From positions 69,649,213 to 69,713,212 of the forward strand of contig NC_057718.1 of the NCBI RefSeq assembly GCF_004010195.1: 64,000 nt of DNA, given 5' to 3'. This DNA is from Chiloscyllium plagiosum. Taxonomy: Eukaryota. The position numbers and the translations under genes were made by a program. This document shows, piece after piece, positions 50,125-63,171 of the stretch (position 1 is the stretch's first letter; every line of letters begins with the position of its first letter). The notes below the pieces were generated by a model, which ran no database searches, was not told where the DNA came from, and saw only the letters and a list, made by a program, of their open reading frames with translations.

Positions 50125-51337
50125 TAGATAACAAGGAGTCACAGCAGCCTCCATGCTGACCAAAATATCCATCCACTCTAACGCCATTTCCCAGCATCTG
50201 ACCCTTATCCTTCTAAACTATTCCTATCCATGTATTTGTCCCAATGCCTTTTAAATGTTGTTAATGTACCTGCCCCAATCAATTCCGTTGACAGCAGAAG
50301 CATATACGTACCACCCTTTGTGTAAAATCATTCTCCCTCAGGTTCCCGTTTATTCATTTCCCTCTATTCTTAAACTGATGCCCTCTAGTTCTTGAATCCC
50401 CAACCCTGAGAAAAAGACTGAGTGCTTTCACCCTATCCATACCTCTCATGATCTTATGCAAATCTATAAGATCCTCCCTCAGTTTCCTACACTTGAAAGA
50501 AAAAAGGATCTTGATCAGGTGGGCCAATGGGCTGAGGAGTGGCAGATGGAATTTAATTTAGATAAATGTGAGGTGCTCCATTTCGGGAAAGCAACTCTTA
50601 TACATTTAATTGTAAGGTTCTAGGGAGTGTTGCTAAACATAGAGACCATAGAATGCAGGTTCACAGCTCCTTGAATGTGGAGTCACAAGTAAATAAGATA
50701 ATGAAGGTGGCATTTGGTATGCTTTCCTTTATTGGTCAGAGTATTGAGTACAGAATTGAAGGTCATGTTGCAGCTGTACAGGACATTGCTTAGACCACTG
50801 TTGGAATGTGCAATTCTCACCTTCCTATTGGAAAGATGTTGTGAAACTTGAAAGGGTTCAGAAAATATTTACAAGGATTTTGCCAGAGTTGGAGGATTTG
50901 AGTTATAGGAAGAGGTTGAATAAGCTAGGGCTGTTTTCCCTGGAGCACCGGAGGCTGAGAGGTGACCTTATGGAAGTTTATAAAATCATGAGAGGCAGGG
51001 ATAGGCAAAGTCTTTTCCCTGGGATTGGGGAGTCCAGAACTAGACAGCATAGGTTTAGGGTGAGAGGGGGAAGGTATAAGTGAAACCTAAAGGGCAACTC
51101 TTTCACGCAGAAGTTGGTATGTGTATGGAATGAGCTGCCAGAGGAAGTGGTGGACGCTAGTACAATTGCGACATTTAAAAGGCATCTGGATGGGTATATG
51201 AATAGGAAGGGTTTGGAGGAATATTGGCCAGGTGCTGGCAGCTGGGACAAGATTAGGTTGGGATTTCTGATCGCCATGGACAAGTTGGACCGAAGGTTCT
51301 GTTTCCGTGCTGTACATCTCTATGATTTTATGACTCT
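50125..51337. mobile_element. Two CR1 3' fragments joined in opposite orientation (- 50125-50500, + 50505-51337)
   Basis: Reverse CR1 3' end abutting a forward WAEEWQMEFNLDKCEVLHF...3' UTR. Confidence 0.8.
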
Positions 51338-51574
51338 TTGAACCCCCCAATCAATCCCTGAAATCTGGCTCACCTTCCCCCCTTACCCACTCATATGCCA
51401 GTGTATTCCCTCACATACCCATCACCCATTAGCCATCTTTGTCTGAACACAAGGTAGAAAGGATCTGTACCTCAATTGAACCATTTGGTGTACAAACAAC
51501 TGCTGGAAAGATTACAGACTTATAAGTTCTACAGTTAGGATACATGCAGAATCCAAAATTCTGAAAGAACAGGA

Positions 51575-52447
51575 GTAAAATGGGGATGCGTGATTGCTCC
51601 AACTTTGTTCACCATATTTACTGCGACAATCATCCTCATCAAGGCTGACCTACCCCCAGGAATTAAAATAGTCTACAGAAAACAGATGGCAGACTTTTCA
51701 ATCTTGCCCATCTTAAGTCCATAAACCAGGCATCTATGAGTTCCCTGATTGAGTTCCAATATGCAGATGACAGCAGTGTTGCAGCTCTCTCAGAAAACCA
51801 CCTACAGCAGTTTTTGACTGCCTTCAACCATGCATACATGAACCTTGGGCTTACCATCAATTCCAAGACAACTCAGATCATTTATCAACTGTCCAGCTGA
51901 GACAAATCGGATAGAACCATCAATTCAATTTGCTGAAACAACCCTGGAAAACGTGGACCATTTTCTGTGTCTTGGAAGTCACCTCTCCTCCAATGTCGAC
52001 CTTAATGATGAGATCCAACATCATAGAAAAGCGCTAGAACAGCTTTTCGACATCTCCAAACAAGAGTCTTTTATGATCGTGACATCCGGACAGACACCAA
52101 AATGTTAGTGTACAAAGCAGTGGTAATCCTAATGCTCCTGTATGCATCAGAAACTTAGACAACATACTAATGACATCTGAAGGCACTTGAACAGTTCCCT
52201 CAATGATGCCTTAAAACATCTTGAATATCAGCTGGGAATATAGAAAAACCAGAATGCTGAAAGAAGCAAAAACAACAAGCATTGAAGCCTAAGCCATCAA
52301 GAACCAACTAAGATGGAGCAGTCATGTTGTTTGGATGAAAGACTGATGTCTGCCGAAACAAATCTTCTATTCCAGCTTAAAGAAGCAAACGTAAAAGAGA
52401 CGGACAACAGAAGAGATTCAAAGACGTTTTAAAAGCCAACATGAACA
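51575..52447 (+). mobile_element. RTE-clade (BovB-like) LINE RT fragment
   Basis: Translation (R)TDGRLFNLAHLKS...IEFQYADDSSVAALSENHLQQFLTAFNHAYMNLGLTINSK and LENVDHFLCLGSHLS; DGRLFNL plus YADD is characteristic of RTE/BovB. Confidence 0.75.
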
Positions 52448-52449
52448 TC

Positions 52450-52655
52450 CTCCGCTGCCTGCTGTATCCTATGCAAATGCTTCCACTGATTTTACTAAGC
52501 AAACAGTTAGAAAACTGAACAGCTGGTTCAGTTTCTTTATCTGGCATCGCAAGCGAGCCCTTATTAAACTAACTAAACTGCAGCTGCCCCACAGACTGGG
52601 AGGAGTGGACCTCCCAGATATCAAAAACTATTAATTAAGCTCATTGCTATCTTAA
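52450..52655 (+). mobile_element. L1/Tx1-type LINE ORF2 fragment
   Basis: LNSWFSFFIWHRKRALIKLTKLQLPHRLGGVDLPDIKNY matches the L1 FIW..K..RI...L..P...GG..LP...Y motif. Confidence 0.65.
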
Positions 52656-52659
52656 ATAA

Positions 52660-53655
52660 ACAAATTATACACATAATGGTAAGGTCCCAGGGAGTGTTGA
52701 TGAACAAAGAGACCTTGGAGTGCAGGTTCATAGCTCCTTGAAAGTGGAGTCGGGGGTAGATAGGATAGTGTAGAAGGCATTTGGTATGCTTTCCTTTATT
52801 GGTCACAACATTGTGTGCAGGAGTTGGGAGGTCATGTTGTGGCTGTACAGGACATTGGTTAGGCCACTGTTGGAATATTGCATGCAATTCTCATTTCCTT
52901 CCTATCAGAAAGATGTGAAAGTTGAAAGGGTTCAGAGAAGATTTACAAGGATGTTGTCAGGGTTGGAGGATTTGAGTTATAGGGAGAGGTTGAATAGGCT
53001 AACACTGATTTCCCTGGAGCATCGGAGGCTGAAGGGTGACCTTATAGAAGGTCATAAAATCATGAGGGGCAAGGATAGGATAAGGGCTGAAAATGTGTTG
53101 CTGGAAAAGCGCAGGTCAGGCAGCATCCAAGGAGCAGGAGAATCGATGTTTCGGGCATGAGCCCTTCTTCTTTCCTCATTCCTGAAGAAGGACTCATGCC
53201 CGAAACGTCGATTCTCCTGCTCCTTGGATGCTGCCTGACCTGCTGCGCTTTTCCAGCAACACGTTTTCAGCTCTGATCTCCAGCATCTGCAGTCCTCACT
53301 TTCTCCTAAAGGATAGGATAAGTAGACAAAGTCTTTTCCCTGGGATGGTGGAGCCCAGAACTAGAGGGCATAGGTTTAGGGTGAGAGGGGAAAGATATAA
53401 AAGAGACCTTAAGGGGCAACTTTTTCATGCAGAGGGTGGTACATGTATAGAATGAGCTGCCAGAGGAAGTGGTGGAGGCTAGTACAATTGCAACGTTTAA
53501 AAGGCATCTGGATGTGTATATGATAGGAAGGATTTGGAGGGATATGGGCCAGGTGCTGGCAGGTAGGACTAGATTGGGTTGGGATATCTGGTCGGCATGG
53601 ACAGGTTGGACCGAAGGATCTGTTTCCATGCTGTACATCCCATGACCCTATGACT
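52660..53655 (+). mobile_element. CR1 (HER1-like) LINE 3' fragment interrupted by a PLE insertion
   Basis: ORF 52786-53160 YRTLVRPLLEYCMQF; CR1 resumes after the insertion; 3' tail at ~53650. Confidence 0.9.
53085..53308. mobile_element. Penelope-like fold-back mini-element (family A) with a 14-bp TSD
   Basis: Near-perfect inverted arms; HHR-like attc-CTGAAGA-aggactcatgccc-GAAA-cg-TC-gatt on +; TSD aaggataggataag at 53071-53084 and 53309-53322. Confidence 0.85.
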
Positions 53656-54319
53656 GCTAAATCCTGGAGAAGATTTAACATCCACATTGTGCAGGATATA
53701 ACAGAAAATTTTCAGGTTCAGTTTTGTTCCAATCTTGCTCTTGTGATGAGGAAGATCTTTGCAAAAAAATCAGATCCATAATCCAAGAGGTGTGCACCCA
53801 GATCATTGGATTTGAATTCATATTGATTTGTTCAAGGAATGGGGAATTGCTGGCTGGTCCAGCCTTTCTTACTAATCCTTAATTGCCTCTGGAGATGTGG
53901 TGGGGTGGTATCTTATTGAACCACTGCAGCCTTTGCGGTCTAGGAACCTCCACAGGGCTGTTAAGGTGGAAGCTCTAGCAGTCACAAAGCAAAGGTTCCA
54001 CGTCAGCATGGTGTATTGTCATTCCTTCAATGTTGCTGCATCTTACGACCAAGATTGATTCAATGAGAACTGTAAGGAAATATGTAAGCTTCTTCATTGG
54101 AAACATTGAATCTTCATCACATATCAAAATTAGTCTATGTCAGAATGGAATTGATAACAATAGTTGCAATTTAAATCTGAAGCTCCGGGAATGATATGTC
54201 ATCAAGAATAAGTAGAGAAGACCAAAGGAAGTTGTTAGCCAGTTAACTAAAAATCACAGGATTTCGTTGAAATGGTCTTCATCTGAATCATGCTGGGACC
54301 AGAAGCCTAGTGAATTGCA

Positions 54320-55045
54320 TAACTAGGGCTGTAGACAGGGCTTTAAACTAAAGGGGGAGTGGGGGGTGGAAAATGGTTCAGTTACAGGGGAAATTAGAAA
54401 ATACAAATAAAAGGAGGAGGTAAGAGTACAGATTAGCAATATGGTAGATGGTGACCAGACAATAAAGGTGAGGGGCAGAACAGGTGAATATCTTTATGCA
54501 TCAAGGAATTATAAAAAAGTAGGGAAATGTACCAGTGGAATAAATTTAAAAGCTTTATATCTAAATGCACAAAGCATTCACAATAAAGTGGATAAACTCT
54601 TCATGCAGATAGATGTAAATGGGGACGATGTAATTGGGATTATGGAGACATGGCTGCAGGGTGACCAAGAATGGGAACTGAATAACCCAGGATATTCAGT
54701 ATTTAGGAAGGATGGGCAAAAAGGAAAAGGTGGTGGTGTGACATTGCTACTTAAAGAGCAAATTAACACAATAGTGACAAATGATATTAGTCTGTGTGGG
54801 TTGAATTGAGAAATACTAAGCCTCAAAAAATATTAGTGGATGTCATATATAGATACCCAAACTGCAGTAGTGATGTTAGGAACGGCATTGAACAGGAAAT
54901 TAGAGACAAATGTGATAAGCGAATATTGGTGATCATGGGTAATTTTAATCTGCACATAGACTGGGCAAATCAAATTAGCCACCATGCCATAATAGAGGAA
55001 TTCCTGGAATTTATACAGGATTGTTTTCTTGACCAATATGTGGTG
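54320..55045 (+). mobile_element. CR1 LINE APE endonuclease fragment
   Basis: LYLNAQSIHNK, IGIMETWL, KGGGV and IMGNFNLHIDW motifs. Confidence 0.85.
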
Positions 55046-55144
55046 ACCAAAACCGTACACAATACTTCAATTGCAGCCTCACCAAAGACTTACACAACTG
55101 CAACATAACTTCCCAACTTCAACAGTCAATGAAGGCCAACAGGT

Positions 55145-55500
55145 TGCTTATGGGAAGCCCAAGAGGAACCCATGGGGACCTGGGATAGTTTGACCTATTC
55201 CCCCCTGAAAGATTAGGTATGAACACCCTGGGAGAGGAGGTGGGGAGGTATCTGCAGAGGCTAACCAAAACTCTCTAAAGTTTGCATTTGCAGGTGCACA
55301 AAGCTTATAGAGTGCAATGATCCACCTAAAGGGGACCATCACACTGCCGAGCCTGGAGATTTTGTCCTGATAAAAAAACTGGGAACGAAAGAACTGGAAC
55401 CAAGGTGGAAAGGACCATTTCAGGTGCTGCTGACCAACCCCATGGCTGAGAAAGTGCAAGGTCAATCCTGGTGGATTCAACTGCCAAAGAGTCAGCGAGT
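55145..55500 (+). pseudogene. Gammaretrovirus-like integrase C-terminal fragment
   Basis: Frameshifted EPGDFVLIK..WERK.LEPRWKGPFQVLLTNPMAEKVQGQSWWI (GPY/F-type C-terminal module). Confidence 0.75.
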
Positions 55501-55504
55501 AAAT

Positions 55505-56760
55505 AGATGACAATTAGAGACAAAGATGTATTCCATACTTGTGACTTGGTGGGGGGGTTAATGTGACTTTGGGGGAAGAGACGGTTTTCAGACTAATACC
55601 TCTATGCATCATATCTTTTTGCATTTGGCCTACCAGAAGGCCCATGTGACAGGGAGAGACACCCGCTGCTGGGTATGTGCCTACATGCCACTCCACTCCA
55701 CTCAAGGAGGGTATTCCTTTGTGGCTTGTATCTTTTCGCTATCAAAAGGTAGCCAAATGGTTACTGTGCTGGAGCCTTTCTTGTGATCCTGCTAACACCG
55801 ATGATGCACGGGAATGGCAGTCAGCAGGGTATAACATGATCTTATTCAGGGATTAGTACCAACCTAATTACAACAGGTCACATAGACCTCCCTTCCTTGT
55901 CATTCGCAACAACACCAATGACACCATTTGTTTCAGGTGGGAAGGGAAATCCTCTCAAGTAAGTGCTCCTTTGGTGTCCCCTGGGTCGAGCCTATTCAGA
56001 ATTTAACAGAATATGGCTACTTTGTATTTGACTGGTCTGCCGTCCAACTAAGCCTTCAGGCTCCCTCTGGAATAACCCTGTTCCCAGATTGTGGGGTGGT
56101 GCAGTTTCCAACTTAACATCTTACAATGGCACATATTTTATTTGCAGGCTAAAAGCCTATCCGTGGATTCAAACCAATAGGAGGGGCTCATGTTACATGG
56201 GTATGTAGTACGAACATATTTGGGTTTTGGATAATTTACCTTCACCCCCAAGACCCAGAAGGTCCCTCACCGGGTTCCTCACCTGGGTTGGAATGTTTTC
56301 CCCTCCCACAGGAATTTATTTACATGCCCAAGAACTTAGTAAGCTCAGGACAGTATGGGAAAGGGTCGCCAATGATACTGCCAATGCCTTAACTGCAATT
56401 AACACTGAACCACTCGCAGTTAGGACTGTGGCCCTCCAGAATCGTTTGATCTTGGATTTCCTACTGGCCAAGGAGGGTGGAACTTGTGCTATCACAGGGG
56501 AGGAGTGCTGTAACTACATCCCTAACGAATCCACTAATATCACCGATCTTTCTAAGCGCATCACATAGGAAACCCAAACCCTCCGCACTATTGACTATGG
56601 GCTTAGCAGTGGCACGGGATGATGGCCATTGGGAGCCTCCTTGGACAAATGGGAACCAACTGTTACAATCCGAGATTACCATACCAATTGTATTCACCTG
56701 CATTCTTGTGCTCCGGTGCTCATGGCCACTGTTCTCCGATTGTTGTCGTTATAGGCTCTG
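55505..56760 (+). pseudogene. Gamma-type env pseudogene (second ERV; no LTR identified)
   Basis: SU CWVC motif at ~55667, furin site RPRR at 56251-56262, N-terminal fusion peptide SLTGFLTWVGMF, ISD LQNRLILDFLLAKEGGTC, CX6CC (CAITGEECC), downstream hydrophobic anchor. Confidence 0.85.
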
Positions 56761-57539
56761 AGGGGACCTGATTGATCATCGAATGTTTGAGAACCACAAA
56801 GTAAAAAACTTGCTTATCATGCTGTATTGGGAATTCAAGGCTTAAAAATCCCCTATTAAAGTGACTCACTTACAGATTCGATCGCGTGCCTGTCCTCTGA
56901 CTGGCTGAGATTGAAAATTGAGATTGAGATTGAAAATCACAGCCGGGGTCTGGCTATCTCCAAACTGACAAAATGGTTTGGAGCCATACATGTGGATTTT
57001 ACTTTCAGCTGCAGGCAAAGGAGCTTGTTTTCCCTGGATAAGACTGCTAGCCTTGGTTATAGATCTTATTAACTGCTATGCCTATACTTGTTCCTATTAA
57101 CATACTTCCTTACCTATTAACAAGGGTATGTGAAGACCAATAACAGGAACAAAACAAAAATCCCTTTACCCATTAACATACGATTGTGAATTATACAATA
57201 ACCAGCTCTGTAAACAATTTGATATTTGTCACAGGAAGTTAGCAATTACTGAGCATTGTAAGATTGCAAAATACCTGTCTTAAACAGCATAATAGCAATC
57301 AGTCATGTTACTTTAGGACTTCTGTATTAGTCACACCCAAAAAAGATATAAAACATACTGCTTGCATGCAAAGTTCAGAGATTCATTGTGAGGTACCACG
57401 TAGGCATGACTACTTTCAGTGTCACCAAGAATCTCGCACTGGCTGACCAAAAATAAAGTATCTAGCTTTGACCTGAATCTTGTGTCGGCCTGATTTAAGA
57501 ATGAAATCTTGCACACGGGGACCTCATCCATGACTAACA

Positions 57540-59190
57540 AATGATGTAAAAATATCAGCCAGGGTCCCCACAATTTCTTCTCTAGCTTCTTTCAGTGTTC
57601 TTGGATATACCTGGTCAGGATCAGGAGATTTATCCACCTTCATACGTCCAACATCTCCTCTACTGTGATATGGACCATCTCTAAGATATCACCACTAACT
57701 GTCCCAAGTTCTCATGTCTTCATGTTTTGCTCCAGGGTAAACAGAGAGGATAAATATTCATTGAGGACCTCACCAATTTCCTGCAGTTCCACACATATAT
57801 GTCCACTTTGTCCTTGAGGGGTCCTATTCTCTCTCCAGCTATTCTTTTTCCTTTAATACACTTACAGAATCTCTTTGGATCCTCCCTAATTTTCTTAGCC
57901 AAGGCTCTCTCGTGTCCCCTTTTCACCTTCTTGATTTCCAGTAAACTCTTGAAAGTCCTGGACACCTCCAGGGATTCCCTTGATCCCAGTTGCCTGTACA
58001 TGAACCATGCCGCCTTTTTTCTGGTCAGAGCCTCAATATCTCTGGTCATCCAGAGTTCCATGTTCCTGCCAACCTTGCCCTTCATCCTCACAGGAACAAA
58101 GAGATCTTGAACTCTAGCTTTATCAGTTTTAGAGGGCTCCAACTTGCCAAAGGTCCCTCTGCCTGCAAACACACTACTCTAACCAACTCCTGCGATCTCC
58201 TGTCTAATTCCATCAACGTTCACCTTGCCTCAGTTTGGAACTTGAACCTGTGGGCCAGTTTTGTCCCTCTCCATAACTATTTCAAAATTAATAAAACAAT
58301 GATCACTGGCCCCAAAGTGCTGCCCACTGTCATCTTGTTCACCTGTCCTGCTCTATTTCCCAAGAGTAAGTCGGGTTTTACCCTTTCCCGAGGAGGACCC
58401 TCTATGCGCTTGAGGAAACATTCCTGAAACACTTAACAAATTCTACCCCATCTAAGCCTTTAACACCCTGGCAGTCCCAGTTTATATTAGAAAAATTAAA
58501 ATCTCCTACTATGATAATCTTATTGCTCCTGCAAGTCTCCCTACATATTTGTTCCTCTAATTGTTGACGACTATTGGGGGCCTATAGTATTACCCCAATA
58601 ACATCATCCCCTTATTTCTTAGCTTTACCCACAAAGCCTCACTGGATGATCCTCCAGTTATTTCATCTGATTACTGCTGTGATACTCACCTTAATTCAAA
58701 ATGCAACTCCGCCTTCCCTCCTTCCACAACCTCTGTCCCACCCAAAGCACCTAAACCCTGGAACATTAAGCTTCCACTCCTGTCCTTCCCTTAACCATGT
58801 TTCTGTAATGGCTAAAATATCCCAGTTCCACGTACCTGTCACTCCCTGTCGTGTTCGAGCCAGACCTGTCTCTTCAACTTACAATTTCTGATTACTATAT
58901 CTCCTTCCAGCCTTGCACCTGCTGTTGAAGATCATACTGCCCTGCCAATCTAGTTTAAACCCTTTGTAGCACTAGCAATCCTGGCCACCAAGATATTTGT
59001 CTCCCTCCAATTCTGATGCAACCCATCCCTCTCGAATAGGTCACTTCTGCCCCAGAAAACATTGCAATAGTCTAGAAATCAGAATCCCTGCCCCCTGCAG
59101 CAATTCTTTAACCACGCATTCATCTGCCAAATTTTCCTGTTCTTACCTTCACCAGCATATGCCACTGGAAGTGTTCTGGAGATTACCACT
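57540..59190 (-). mobile_element. CR1 LINE (ORF1 end, endonuclease, tether)
   Basis: Minus ORF 57720-58172 KIREDPKRFCKCIKGKR..ERIGPLKD; GDFN..INWD region. Confidence 0.8.
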
Positions 59191-59529
59191 AAGTACGAGT
59201 ACTTAGCCTGGATTTCAAAATCAAAGATCCCGCTTGACCAATGTGTGTGTTACTGTTTCAAAGACTTCAGAATAGTTAAGAATACTGTAATAATGCAACT
59301 CATCTAACTTTCAAAATGGCTTTTAATAAGTCATTAAAACAAAATTGTTACAGAATAGATGGACGCCTGTCATTTACCCTCCAGCTCTCTACATGAGCAA
59401 TTTGTTTAGCACCACTTGTTTTCTAACACAATCCTGCACATTTTAATTTTTTATATAATTCAATTCCCTCTTTCTTTATGAGGAAGTGAAAAGATGATTA
59501 ATGATGACAGGATGGTAAACATTTAGCAA

Positions 59530-60500
59530 GGCATACAATATCGGACGGGGTATTGAGTACAAGAGTTGGCAGGTCATATTACAGTTGTATAGGACTATGG
59601 TTCGACCACATTTGGAATATTGCACACAGTTCTGGTCACCACATTACTAAAACGATGTGGATGCTTTGGAGAGGGTGCAGAGATGGTTCACCAGTATGTT
59701 GCCTGGAATGGAGGGCGCTAACTATGAAGAAGGTCGAATAGGTTAGGATTATTTTGATTAGAAAGACTGAGGTTGAGGGGGGACTTGACTTAGGTCTACA
59801 AAATCATGAGAGGTATAGACAGGGCAAGAAGCTTTTTCCCAGTGTGTGGAACTCAATTACTAGGGTTCACAAGTTCAAAGTAAGAGGGGAAAGGTTTAGG
59901 CGAGATATACATGGAAAGTTCTTTATGAAGAGGGTGATGGGGCCTGGAACACATTGCCAGTGGAGGTGGTAGAGGTGGGAACGATAGCATCATTTAAGAT
60001 GTATCCAAACAGATACATGAATGGGCAGGGAGCAAAGGGATATAGATCTTTAGAAAATAGTCGGCAAGTTTAGATAGAGGATCGGGATTGGCGCAGGCTT
60101 GGAGGGCCGAATGGCCTGTTCTTGTGCTGTACTTTTCTTTGTTCTTTGTAAGGCCTTTGACAAAGTCCTTCATGACAGGCTCTCGTACAAAGTGAGCTGG
60201 TATGATGAATACAGAACTGGCTTAGTCATAGAAGACAAAGTAGCGGTTGAAGGGTATTTTAGATTGGACATCTGTGTCCAGTGGTTTCCACAAGGTTCAG
60301 TGCTGAACCCTTGTTGTTTGTGAAATATAAGATTTGGAGGAGAATATAGGTGGCCTGCTTAGTATTGTGCTAATGACACAGATGAGGGGAGCCACGGATT
60401 GCAATTGCCAGAGGATACAGCAGGAGATAGATAGGTTTGGGCAGAGAAATGACAGATGGAGTTTAATTGGATAAATGTGAAGTGATGCATTTTAGACAGA
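59530..60500 (+). mobile_element. CR1 3' fragment followed by an older RT fragment
   Basis: YRTMVRPHLEYCTQFWSP; KAFDKVLH and FPQGSVL. Confidence 0.75.
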
Positions 60501-61223
60501 GAATACAGAGATATAGACTGCATGGAGGCAAAAGGTTTTTAGTTTGGAAAAGCATTATTTGTCAGCACAGTTTTAGTAGGCTGCTGAACCTGTTTCTGTG
60601 CTGTCCTGTTCTATGTTTTCTCAATGTTTCATTTGAACCTGCGTCCATCACAGTTTTTTCAACTTCCCACCTGCTTTTGACAATTATCTTAAGTCAGCGT
60701 CATCTCGTCCTCAACCCTTCAAACCAGTTTTCATATATCTCTAACCAACTCCCTCATGATTTTGGATATTTTGATCAAATCTTCTCTCATCCCTGGAACA
60801 ACTTTTGCAAATCTTTTCTGCACACTATCTAATGCTTTCACATCTTTATCAAAGTTTGGAATCCCAAATTCGACCCAACATTCCAACTGAGGCCAAACAA
60901 GTACTTTATTCAAAATTATTATAACCTCCCTGTTCCAGTATACTATGTCCCTAAAAAAAATGAAGCCTATGATGTTGTGTGCTTCATTAACCACTCTTTA
61001 TAACTGTTCCTTTCATTCCATGAACTGTTGCTTTGCTCACAGATCTGTTCTGTGGAATTTCATCCAGTGCCTTTTGGAAGTCAACATACACCTCATCAAC
61101 AGAAATGCCCTCAAAAATCTCCAGTTAATAAACATGATTTTCCTTTAATAAATCCATGCTGCCTTGCCTGAGTGAACTCACATTTGCTCAAGTGACTATT
61201 CATTGTATCATAAATTATTTTTT

Positions 61224-61537
61224 TTAGATTAGATTACTTTACAGTGTGGAAACAGGCCCTTCGGCCCAACAAGTCCACACCGACCCGCCGAAGCGCAAAC
61301 CACCCATACCCCTACATTTACCCCTTACCTAACACTACGGACAATTTAGCATGGCCAATTCACCTGACCTGCACATCTTTGGAACTGTGGGAGGAAACCG
61401 GAGCACCCGGAGGAAACCCACGCAGACACGGGGAGAATGTGCAAACTCCACACAGTCAGTCGCCTGAGGCGGGAACTGAACCCGGGTCTCTGGCGCTGTG
61501 AGGCAGCAGTGCTAACCACTGTGCCACCGTGCCGCCC
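61224..61537 (-). mobile_element. HE1-like SINE, young copy
   Basis: Near-identical to 31098-31426. Confidence 0.9.
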
Positions 61538-61689
61538 ACAATTGTTTATAGAAACTTTCTCAAAGTTAAAAGGACGAGCTTATCGCCATTGAACTTGTCT
61601 TTACCTTCTTCAAAATAGTTGGGTGTACTATTTGCAGTTTTCCTTTCCTTTGTCACACCATGTCATGCTTTGAGTTTGTGTCTTTCATC

Positions 61690-62520
61690 ATTGTCTGTGG
61701 AAGCATAATGTCGGCAACCTTCCGAGTACCTCCAGATTGTAATGTGAGAATATCTTTGGTGACATCAAGCCTTTTTTTGAATGATTTCTGATGCCCTGCA
61801 TCACAACTGGTGTGGTGTAACAACCATGGTGACTTTTAAGCTCTGGTTAAGTTTATTTTTTTGTTAAGTTTTACTACGAGTTCCAAAATTTTCATGAACC
61901 TTTATAACTGTAATTAGTTTCTTGGAGCTAAAACTTCTTTTCTAACTTGGTACTTCAGTGTATTAACCTTTAATTCTGATAGGACTAAGAAACTTGATTG
62001 TTGGTTGTGAAGACTCTCACAATGTTAAGTGTCAACCTGCCTCTGTAGTCCACTCAACAATGCTCTCAAGTTTATTGCCATGCTCAGCTTGAATGGATCC
62101 CTATAGCAACACATCACCCATGCAGCAAATAATTCTACGCAAGTTCGCTAAAGAATTAAACATTGTTCCTGAAAGCTTTTCTGGTGCTGATGATATTCGA
62201 AAAGAGAACCTACTAAAAATCAAAAATTCTAAACGCGGTTATAAATCCCACAATAAATCTAGACTCCTCTTCTGATGATATTTTCCTGAACCTGCTGTTA
62301 GCATCAAATTCAGAGATCATGAGTTCTACCCTAATTTCATGAAGCTGTCACATTGATATCATCGGATGGACTTCTCTTTCCACAGATTTGTTGAATTCTG
62401 CACAATCATTGTTTACTCTTAGACATTTGGTTGACATCAGAACTAAACCCACATGAATGTCAACTCATTGTTTTTTTTTAAAACCGCTGGAATGACATCT
62501 TGTCTTACCACTAAGTTGTT
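61690..62520 (-). mobile_element. Highly decayed Gypsy/Ty3 pol (RT) remnant
   Basis: Minus translation fragments FNKSVEREVHPM, FDANSRF, ISSAPESFQ, IICCMGDVLL*GSIQAEH and EAG*.LN, colinear with Gypsy RT motifs. Confidence 0.65.
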
Positions 62521-62862
62521 TTCTTTCTTCACCTCTAGAAGTAAGTGGTGTGGAACCGGTGTGCATGCAGCATATTGATTTCACTTCTGTGCGATCGTGT
62601 TCAAATAATGACCAAAATCATTGAGTGGTGAAAATAGCCTCTTTTATCCAGAAACTACAAGAGCACAAGTTTGAGGAAGCAATTGAATCCCCAAATACAG
62701 TTCTTACAAGAGCCCCTGTATACACAGTTCTTACGTACAGTAAAATTCCATTAGTATGATGTTATATTGCTTCATCTACAGTAGGTAAACCTACTAGTAG
62801 TTGAGGGGCTTCTGTCCTGAGAGACAGAAGATGGGTTAAAACGTGCTAACTGCTGGCTGCTA

Positions 62863-63169
62863 TTTAGATTACTTACAGTGTGGAAACAGGCCCTTCGGCC
62901 CAACAAGTCCACACCGACCCGCCGAAGCGAAACCCACCCATACCCCTACATTTACCCCTACCTAACACTACGGGCAATTTAGCCTGGCCAATTCACCTGA
63001 CCTGCACATCTTTGGACTGTGGGAGGAAACCGGAGCACCCAGAGGAAACCCACGCAGACACGGGGAGAACGTGCAAACTCCACACAGTCAGTCGCCTGAG
63101 GCGGGAATTGAACCCGGGTCTCAGGCGCTGTGAGGCAGCAGTGCTAACCACTGTGCCACCGTGCCGCCC
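62863..63169 (-). mobile_element. HE1-like SINE, young copy, abutting a CR1 3' end
   Basis: A and B boxes, core and tail. Confidence 0.9.
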
Positions 63170-63171
63170 AT

